Source: an uncultured Candidatus Saccharibacteria bacterium
Lineage (GTDB): Bacteria > Patescibacteriota > Minisyncoccia > Phycocordibacterales > UBA9973
Direction of reading: 5' to 3'
DNA: 64,000 bases
NCBI GenBank assembly: GCA_964469225.1
Contig: CAYXYC010000001.1
Span: 27,556 to 91,555, forward strand
Positions 58,054 through 64,000 of this stretch are shown piece after piece (position 1 is the first letter of the stretch; every line of letters begins with the position of its first letter). A program made the translations under genes and the position numbers. A model generated the notes under the pieces. That model did not search any database, was not told the origin of the DNA, and saw only the letters and a program-made list of their open reading frames with translations.

Positions 58054-58578
58054 ATGAAAAATAATCGCACAACATTACTTTTTTGGATTTCACTTGCATT
58101 TTTTCTTGTGGCGCTCGGCGGGGTAATCTTTTTCATTCGATTTATTGCAGAAAAAAACGGCGAAACAGCACGCCTTATTGAGACGCTTGAAACAAATATG
58201 AAAAATTTTGAAAACCGCACTGAGCTTGAAAAAAAGATTGCGGAAGCAGAAACAATTCATTCGAGAATTTCTGGGTATTTTGTTGATGCTGATCGGATTG
58301 ATATGTTTGTAGATCAGGTTGAATCACTTGGAATACAAACAGGCACGACTGTTGTGATTAAAAGTGCTGACGGTATTCCTGATAAACCGAATATTCTCGC
58401 GCTCAAAATTTCTTTTACTGGAACCTTTTCATCTGCTATGAACATGCTCTCGCTTTTTGAGTCATTGCCGTATGATATTTCAATCTCAAATATTTATATG
58501 AATAAAGACACAAGCCTCAATGCAGATACAAAATCACAGTGGCAGTTTGATATCGTTTGTACAATCAAAACAACATAA
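58054..58578 (+). CDS. pilO: type IV pilus assembly protein PilO-like (bitopic, coiled coil)
   Basis: Single TM LLFWISLAFFLVALGGVIFFI, then a coiled-coil and beta domain; operon context. Confidence 0.5.
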   Translation: MKNNRTTLLFWISLAFFLVALGGVIFFIRFIAEKNGETARLIETLETNMKNFENRTELEKKIAEAETIHSRISGYFVDADRIDMFVDQVESLGIQTGTTVVIKSADGIPDKPNILALKISFTGTFSSAMNMLSLFESLPYDISISNIYMNKDTSLNADTKSQWQFDIVCTIKTT

Positions 58579-58581
58579 AAT

Positions 58582-58899
58582 ATGAATTCATTTTTTACAC
58601 ATTTTAAACAAGCAAAAAAATCTTCTCATGTAATGCACGAGCTAAATCCTCATCGGCAGTGGATAATATTGGTGCGGGCTTCAATTTTTGTTGGTTTTGG
58701 ACTTGTTGCGATGAGTATTTATTTTCTTTTTCAAATTCGTAACGACCAAGTATTTCAATTTTCGCGTTCTCGTACAGTGAAAACACAAGCAGTAAATGAA
58801 AAAGCATTAAAAAAGACAACTGATTTATTTGAAGAAAAAGCGCGTATCCATGAAGACCTTATAAAAAACGCACCAGTGTACCGTGATCCGAGTATATAG
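58582..58899 (+). CDS. small bitopic membrane protein (possible PilP-like)
   Basis: 105 aa, one TM; context only. Confidence 0.3.
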   Translation: MNSFFTHFKQAKKSSHVMHELNPHRQWIILVRASIFVGFGLVAMSIYFLFQIRNDQVFQFSRSRTVKTQAVNEKALKKTTDLFEEKARIHEDLIKNAPVYRDPSI

Positions 58900-58959
58900 G
58901 GCCCAGCAGAAAGGGTTGAATTATATTAAAAATATGATATTATTCGGCTGTGCTTTTAC

Positions 58960-59035
58960 GCGCGATTAGCTCAGTTGGTAGAGCAACCCGTTTACACCGG
59001 GAAGGTCGGGGGTTCAAGTCCCTCATCGCGCACCA
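58960..59035 (+). tRNA. tRNA-Val (anticodon TAC), CCA encoded
   Basis: GCGCGATTAGCTCAGTTGGTAGAGCAACCCGTTTACACCGGGAAGGTCGGGGGTTCAAGTCCCTCATCGCGCACCA. Confidence 0.85.
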
Positions 59036-59185
59036 AACTAACACCGAAGGTGTTGAGGAGGGGCTTGAAAGCCGGACTCCGACGCAGGTCGGAGGAGGCG
59101 GGGTAGCAGAATTTTTCAGCAGAAAAATATCTGTGACCAAGTCCCTCATCGCGCACATTATTGTGATACGATAGAACTATACATG

Positions 59186-59256
59186 TCCCCGTAGTTAAAT
59201 GGATATAACTGCGGACTTCTAAGCCGCTATTCGAGGTTCGATTCCTCGCGGGGACA
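59186..59256 (+). tRNA. tRNA-Arg (anticodon TCT)
   Basis: GTCCCCGTAGTTAAATGGATATAACTGCGGACTTCTAAGCCGCTATTCGAGGTTCGATTCCTCGCGGGGACA; the next ORF starts 2 nt after the discriminator. Confidence 0.8.
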
Positions 59257-59257
59257 C

Positions 59258-60040
59258 ATGAAAATAAAAATCATTTACGAAGACGAAAATATTATCGCTG
59301 TTGATAAACCAGCGGGGATTTCAGTGCATGGTGATGGTAAAACAAACGAGGAAACAATTGCCAGCTTTTTACTTGCACATTATCCAGAAATTAGTGATGT
59401 TGGAGAACCTATGAAAATTGAATACAAGGGGGAGCAGATTACTATTCCTCGCCCTGGTATTGTTCATCGTCTAGACAAAGAAACATCAGGTGTATTGTTG
59501 ATTGCAAAGAATCAGGAAACATTTCTTAATCTCAAACAACAATTTCAAAATCATACAATCGAGAAGGTGTATCGCGCGTTCGTTTATGGCTGGGTGCCGG
59601 AACCAAATGCATCTCTTGTGACAGGGAAGCGGGGAATTATTTCTGCGCCAATTGGACGAAGTTCGAGTGATATTCGCGCGTGGACAGCCGGTCGTGGTGC
59701 TCGCGAGCCGATTCGCGATGCAGTAACAGAATACACTGTGCTCAAAAGATTTAGTGATAACGATGAAGAGAAGCCAACTGTAGAACATAGATTCTCATAT
59801 ATTGAGGCATATCCGAAAACAGGGCGGACACATCAGATTCGCGTGCATATGCGCTATATCAATTTTCCTGTGGTGTCTGACCCTATTTATCGCGGAAGCA
59901 AAGAGCGAGCGCTCGGCATGAATCGCCTCGCGCTTCACGCTTACCAGGTGACATTTACACTTCCAAATGGCGAACGAAAAACAATTCAGTCACCCCTTCC
60001 GGTTGATTTTGAGGGGGTTATTAAAACATATATGGCGTAA
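59258..60040 (+). CDS. RluA-family pseudouridine synthase
   Basis: Catalytic motif [15 protein letters not shown]. Confidence 0.75.
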   Translation: MKIKIIYEDENIIAVDKPAGISVHGDGKTNEETIASFLLAHYPEISDVGEPMKIEYKGEQITIPRPGIVHRLDKETSGVLLIAKNQETFLNLKQQFQNHTIEKVYRAFVYGWVPEPNASLVTGKRGIISAPIGRSSSDIRAWTAGRGAREPIRDAVTEYTVLKRFSDNDEEKPTVEHRFSYIEAYPKTGRTHQIRVHMRYINFPVVSDPIYRGSKERALGMNRLALHAYQVTFTLPNGERKTIQSPLPVDFEGVIKTYMA

Positions 60041-60084
60041 GCCAATTCTTGCGGAAAATATATTTCTGTGATAGAGTATACGCC

Positions 60085-60483
60085 ATGGAAAAAACGAAAG
60101 AACAATTCACTCCGGTAGATGTAGCAAGTCGAAAAAAGCTTGATTTTAAAGCGGGCGACACTGTTCGTGTATGGGGTAAGATTCAAGAAAAAGGTAAGAC
60201 TCGCCTCCAAGCATTTGAAGGGCTTGTTCTTTCACGAAAGCACGGCACAGAAAGCGGGGCGACATTTACTGTAAGAAAAGTTGCATCAAATGTTGGTGTA
60301 GAACGCATCTTTCCTCTCTATTCTCCAAACATCGACAAGATTGAAGTATTGAAGAAATCAAAGACTCGCAGAAGTAAACTCTATTACATTCGAACAAAGG
60401 CAGTTAAAGAAGTGAAGAAGCGATTGAAGAGTATTACTCTTTCAAAAGAAGAATCAGAAGAAGCATCAACTAACGAAGAATAA
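60085..60483 (+). CDS. rplS: 50S ribosomal protein L19
   Basis: [31 protein letters not shown]...[19 protein letters not shown]...RRSKLYYIR pattern; start at MEKTKEQ. Confidence 0.85.
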   Translation: MEKTKEQFTPVDVASRKKLDFKAGDTVRVWGKIQEKGKTRLQAFEGLVLSRKHGTESGATFTVRKVASNVGVERIFPLYSPNIDKIEVLKKSKTRRSKLYYIRTKAVKEVKKRLKSITLSKEESEEASTNEE

Positions 60484-60566
60484 AAATAATGCTGAAAACA
60501 TAAAACCCGCGTAAGCGGGTTTTATGTTGAAAAAAGTCCATAAATGGTGTATATATAGAAAGCAAT

Positions 60567-60650
60567 GCGCGGGTGTTGAAACTGGTAGACAAGCATCCTT
60601 GAGGTGGATGTGCCCTTACGGGTGTGGAGGTTCAAGTCCTCTCCCGCGCA
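60567..60650 (+). tRNA. tRNA-Leu (anticodon GAG), type II
   Basis: GCGCGGG acceptor, anticodon arm CATCC-TTGAGGT-GGATG, 15-nt variable arm, GGAGG-TTCAAGT-CCTCT T-arm. Flanked on both sides by near-identical terminator hairpins (60493-60530 and 60653-60692). Confidence 0.8.
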
Positions 60651-60810
60651 CAAAACATAAAACCCGCACTAAGTGCGGGTTTTATGTTTTGTGCAGGCTC
60701 GGACCTAAAGTATTTTGTATATGCAAAATGTTCTATTCGCGCAGAAAAACACTTTCCATGGAAAGAATAAAATTATATTAATTTTAAGATGAAATGATAT
60801 ACTATATCTT

Positions 60811-62871
60811 ATGATTACGGATCAGCTCGTTTCTTATATTGAAAGTCAATTAAAGAAAAATCTTCCAAAAGAAATTATCACTTCTCGTCTCTTGCAAGCT
60901 GGTTGGCACCCGCTCGATATTGAGGAGGGGTTTTTGGCTATTGCTTCATCTGGTGTTCCGTCACCCGTTCCGTCACCCGTGATATCAACTACTACAACTG
61001 AATCAAAAAATGAAGTAAAGGTTGATCCGTATCGTGAATTACCTAATGGGAATTCTCCCCAGACAAATACCTCGCCTAAAGTGTGGATACCTCGCAGTGT
61101 TGCGCCAACTGAAGAAATTACCGTGCAACCAACCCAAGTAAAACCTGCCTCTCCATCACCAATTGTTGCTGAAACAGATCGAACCCAAAAATTCCAATCA
61201 AAAGTATATGTGTATGTTATTCCAACGAAAGACGACAAGGCGCAAACTGCCGCTCAGGTGATAAAAGATGATTTATTCCCAGCGCTTTCACCTAAAGAAA
61301 TTGTATCTCCTTTACCTGAGCAATTACCAAAACATGATGGCCAGAGTGTTTCAGGGGTTGCGCCAACTAATCAAGAACAAAAACCTATCCCAGTCACACA
61401 ACAAAATGTACATCAATATGTTTCTCCCACACAAATAAATAATATTTTACCAGTTGATGCACAGATTTCTTCTTCATCATCACCACGACGATTTGGTAAA
61501 ATTGCAAGCGTAGTATTACTAATACTTGTTCTTTTTGGTTTGGTTTTTAGTATTAAATCTGGGTATATAAAAATCCCTTCTTTTTCATTTGTGAAAAAAG
61601 ACCCGAAGGCTGTTATTTTATCTCTTGGTTCATCACTTAAAAAATATGATGCATACTCTGCTGATACAAAAATTGTTATTTCTTCACCTCTTCTAACCGA
61701 CATCACAACAGGTATTTTAAGTGGGGAAGCGGTGTCTTCAACTGAGCGAGATTTCATTTCTTTTTCGATAAAAAGCACGATTGATAATCGTCAATCATTA
61801 CTTGCAAGTCATGCGGTTACAATTCAGAGTTCGCTTCTTACTCAAGCACTTCTCGTTTCAGTTGTTCGTATGTCTGATATAACAACAATCCGCATTCCTG
61901 ATTTGGAAAGTATTTTTCAGTCATCAGCTCCACCTGCATCTCTTGTTTCAATTAATGACAATGATTTACCCCGTGTTATTGATGAATTGCCTTTCTCAAT
62001 GAAAATCTTTATTAAAAATAGTGATACCGCACACCTTTTTTCAAAGGGTATTTCTCCATACATAAAAACAGAATCACGAAATACGCTCAAAGAGCTTGTA
62101 TCATCATTGAGCATCAACCAAAAATCTGACGAAGTGATTCATGATGTAAAAACACATCATTACAATATTAATGTTGACCGTCCAACAGTAAAACGATTCC
62201 TCTCTGAACTTATTAGAATATCTGGATTTTCATTTGATGAAAACAATAAATCGCGTGTTGATGAAGCGATAGGTTCGCTCGGCGTAGATTCGTTTGAAGT
62301 ATGGATTGGTGATGGTGACAATATTCTTCATCAGTACAAGTTGTCGCTTTCGTTGCCTCTCTCAAAAGTAATTGGTTTTGATGATAATGGTATTGCGGGA
62401 AATGAAGTCCATATTGATATAACTGGTTCGTTCTATGATTTTGATATTCCTCATGTTATTGAACTCCCGCAAAATGCAACTAACTTTTCGCAATTTGTAA
62501 ATACAATTAGAGATTTCAAAATTAAAAATACACTCTCATCTTTTACTTCACAGGCAAAGGGATTGCAGAAAATCGAAGGTCGCTATGGTCGTGTTCCTAA
62601 TGGAACGGGGAGTTGTCTTTCTCCTGTTTCTGGATCACTTTTCTCTCCGACTGGGCATGCTGATAAGGCCCACGCGCAAGTTGCTTTAATTGCAGGCGCA
62701 ATGAACACGCTTCTTTCATCAACAACACATGCACCTGTTTGTTATTCAACAGCATCTGCGTGGCTCGTTGCGGCACCGCTTTCAAGCGATTCATCTCTAA
62801 TCTTTTGTGCTGACAGTACTGGCGCGAACAAGACTCTCTCTTTAATGCCTCGTGGTACAACTTGCAAATAA
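60811..62871 (+). CDS. bitopic membrane protein with large extracytoplasmic domain
   Basis: Cytoplasmic N-domain with PSPVPSPV linker, TM IASVVLLILVLFGLVFSI, then ~440-aa C-terminal domain. Confidence 0.5.
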   Translation: MITDQLVSYIESQLKKNLPKEIITSRLLQAGWHPLDIEEGFLAIASSGVPSPVPSPVISTTTTESKNEVKVDPYRELPNGNSPQTNTSPKVWIPRSVAPTEEITVQPTQVKPASPSPIVAETDRTQKFQSKVYVYVIPTKDDKAQTAAQVIKDDLFPALSPKEIVSPLPEQLPKHDGQSVSGVAPTNQEQKPIPVTQQNVHQYVSPTQINNILPVDAQISSSSSPRRFGKIASVVLLILVLFGLVFSIKSGYIKIPSFSFVKKDPKAVILSLGSSLKKYDAYSADTKIVISSPLLTDITTGILSGEAVSSTERDFISFSIKSTIDNRQSLLASHAVTIQSSLLTQALLVSVVRMSDITTIRIPDLESIFQSSAPPASLVSINDNDLPRVIDELPFSMKIFIKNSDTAHLFSKGISPYIKTESRNTLKELVSSLSINQKSDEVIHDVKTHHYNINVDRPTVKRFLSELIRISGFSFDENNKSRVDEAIGSLGVDSFEVWIGDGDNILHQYKLSLSLPLSKVIGFDDNGIAGNEVHIDITGSFYDFDIPHVIELPQNATNFSQFVNTIRDFKIKNTLSSFTSQAKGLQKIEGRYGRVPNGTGSCLSPVSGSLFSPTGHADKAHAQVALIAGAMNTLLSSTTHAPVCYSTASAWLVAAPLSSDSSLIFCADSTGANKTLSLMPRGTTCK

Positions 62872-63298
62872 TATGACTACCGAACTTTTCTTTACTTTAT
62901 GTGTTAGTGCACTAGGTCTTTATGGGTTTTTGCTCGCATCTCATATTCATTCAAAAAAAGCGCAAAAGACAAAATTAGTATGTCCAATGCGTTCGAATTG
63001 TGATACTGTTATACATTCTGATTACTCGACTCTTTTTGGCATTTCAGTTGAAGTACTGGGAATGATTTATTATGCGTTTATTGGTGGAGTATACGGTCTT
63101 ATTTTTGTTTTTGGTTATTCTTCGCCTTTAATATTTCTCGTATTGTTATGGTGCTCACTTGGAGCGGTTGTTTTTTCTATCTATCTCGTACTCATCCAAG
63201 CACTCGTGCTCAGGCAGTGGTGCTCATGGTGCTTGATGTCTGCGAGCATCACGATACTTATTTTTCTGGTGTCATATTGGCATTTGGGCCTCATCTAG
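62852..63298 (+). CDS. vitamin K epoxide reductase (VKOR) family membrane protein
   Basis: Loop cysteines CPMRSNC and TM CxxC (CSWC); 148 aa, 4-5 TM. Confidence 0.65.
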   Translation: MVQLANNMTTELFFTLCVSALGLYGFLLASHIHSKKAQKTKLVCPMRSNCDTVIHSDYSTLFGISVEVLGMIYYAFIGGVYGLIFVFGYSSPLIFLVLLWCSLGAVVFSIYLVLIQALVLRQWCSWCLMSASITILIFLVSYWHLGLI

Positions 63299-63365
63299 AT
63301 TTCTGAGTGGTTTTCTGGTATAAAAGGTTAGATTCCGTTATAACTAATGGAATAAAGTTTAATAT

Positions 63366-63438
63366 GGTGCCTATAGTGTAATGGTTAGCACTAGAGTTTG
63401 TGGAACTCTCAGTTCGGGTTCAAATCCCGGTAGGCACC
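63366..63438 (+). tRNA. tRNA-His (anticodon GTG) with G-1
   Basis: G-GTGCCTA...AGAGT-TTGTGGA-ACTCT...GGGTTCAAATCCCGG-TAGGCAC-C. Confidence 0.8.
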
Positions 63439-64000
63439 CAATTTAGTATCTATTATAACTTTGCTTTTTTCTTTACTACTAAAGACTTTTTGTTGTTTTT
63501 GGTTCTTGTAAGTGATGATGTTTAGTCGCATCAATTCCTGAAATAGTGGGTGGTATCGCTCTTTTATTATAACGCCATCTACTACATCAAAACCATCAAA
63601 GAAAAAATCTATAAAGCGTTTCTGTAAGCCTTCTGATGCGTTCATGTATGTACCATAAATATCTTTAGTGAAATTCAAGACTTCACTAGCTCTTTCAATG
63701 TCAACGTCCTTAGCTTTCTTTAATTTACCAAGCCTTTCATGAATTTTATTAATCTCAGAATTTATTTCTTTAGTAATACGGCTGTAGCTCCCTTTTGGGA
63801 GTGTCTGGTCTAGTAATCGTTCTTCTGCAACTCTAAATTTAGCTTCCCAAGCATTCTTTTGGTTGATTAGCCTTCTTTGGTTTATATCGTACTCTTTTCT
63901 ACGCCCCAAAAATGTTGCTCTGACTTTCTCAATAATTGAGTTAACAAATCCAGATTCGAACTGTAAATCTTTGAATTTATCGGCCACTTGATTTTCGAGT
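63409..64000 (-). CDS. 3' portion of an ORF continuing beyond the window; possible recombinase C-terminal domain; last codons overlap tRNA-His
   Basis: Minus-strand ORF open to the window edge; ends ...GAYRDLNPN, encoded by the complement of the tRNA-His T-arm/acceptor. Same arrangement as the serine recombinase at tRNA-Arg. Confidence 0.4.
   Translation of the reverse strand, partial: LENQVADKFKDLQFESGFVNSIIEKVRATFLGRRKEYDINQRRLINQKNAWEAKFRVAEERLLDQTLPKGSYSRITKEINSEINKIHERLGKLKKAKDVDIERASEVLNFTKDIYGTYMNASEGLQKRFIDFFFDGFDVVDGVIIKERYHPLFQELMRLNIITYKNQKQQKVFSSKEKSKVIIDTKLGAYRDLNPN

Noticed and set aside
58940-59174. ORF-track ORFs 58940..59158 (-) and 58950..59174 (+)
   Set aside because: They overlap tRNA-Val and its 3'-end duplicate; translations are low-complexity read-through of tRNA sequence.

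Overview
AT-rich 64-kb window, probably from a Patescibacteria/CPR-like bacterium (small genes, small YidC, type IV pilus genes, mostly CCA-less tRNAs). It contains the chromosomal origin, with jag-yidC-yidD-rnpA-rpmH on the minus strand facing dnaA-dnaN on the plus strand; DnaA-box clusters lie upstream of dnaA (23351-23481) and in the dnaA-dnaN spacer. Core genes elsewhere include uvrD/pcrA-like helicase, ksgA/rsmA, PBP1A, tyrS, ruvC-ruvB, pilB, tsaE, plsC, polA, mutM, ruvA, rpsT, an ECF sigma/anti-sigma pair, malic enzyme, ruvX, pilMNO, rluA-family, rplS, VKOR, and seven tRNAs. Immediately upstream of the origin (about 11.0-21.4 kb) is a Gram-positive-type T4SS-like cluster: a VirB6-like polytopic membrane protein, a VirB3/PrgI-like protein, a VirB4 ATPase split over two adjacent ORFs in different frames, a cysteine-rich secreted M15 peptidase, and large secreted proteins. 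A GIY-YIG mini-ORF flanked by 14-bp inverted repeats sits inside it. The main accessory feature is a ~4.1-kb integrated element at the 3' end of tRNA-Arg (45678-49787). It is bounded by a 15-bp direct repeat of the tRNA 3' end, and carries a large serine recombinase whose last codons are encoded by the complement of the tRNA, plus two cargo genes and structured non-coding stretches. Similar scars occur elsewhere: 19-nt duplications of tRNA 3' ends just downstream of tRNA-Ser and tRNA-Val, tRNA-fragment/hairpin modules near attR, and another ORF reading into tRNA-His at the window end. An orphan plus-strand transcription unit (near-consensus sigma70 promoter, 25-bp long-range inverted repeat, intrinsic terminator; 31672-32373) with a neighbouring GC-rich hairpin island suggests uncharacterised ncRNA(s) or a MITE.
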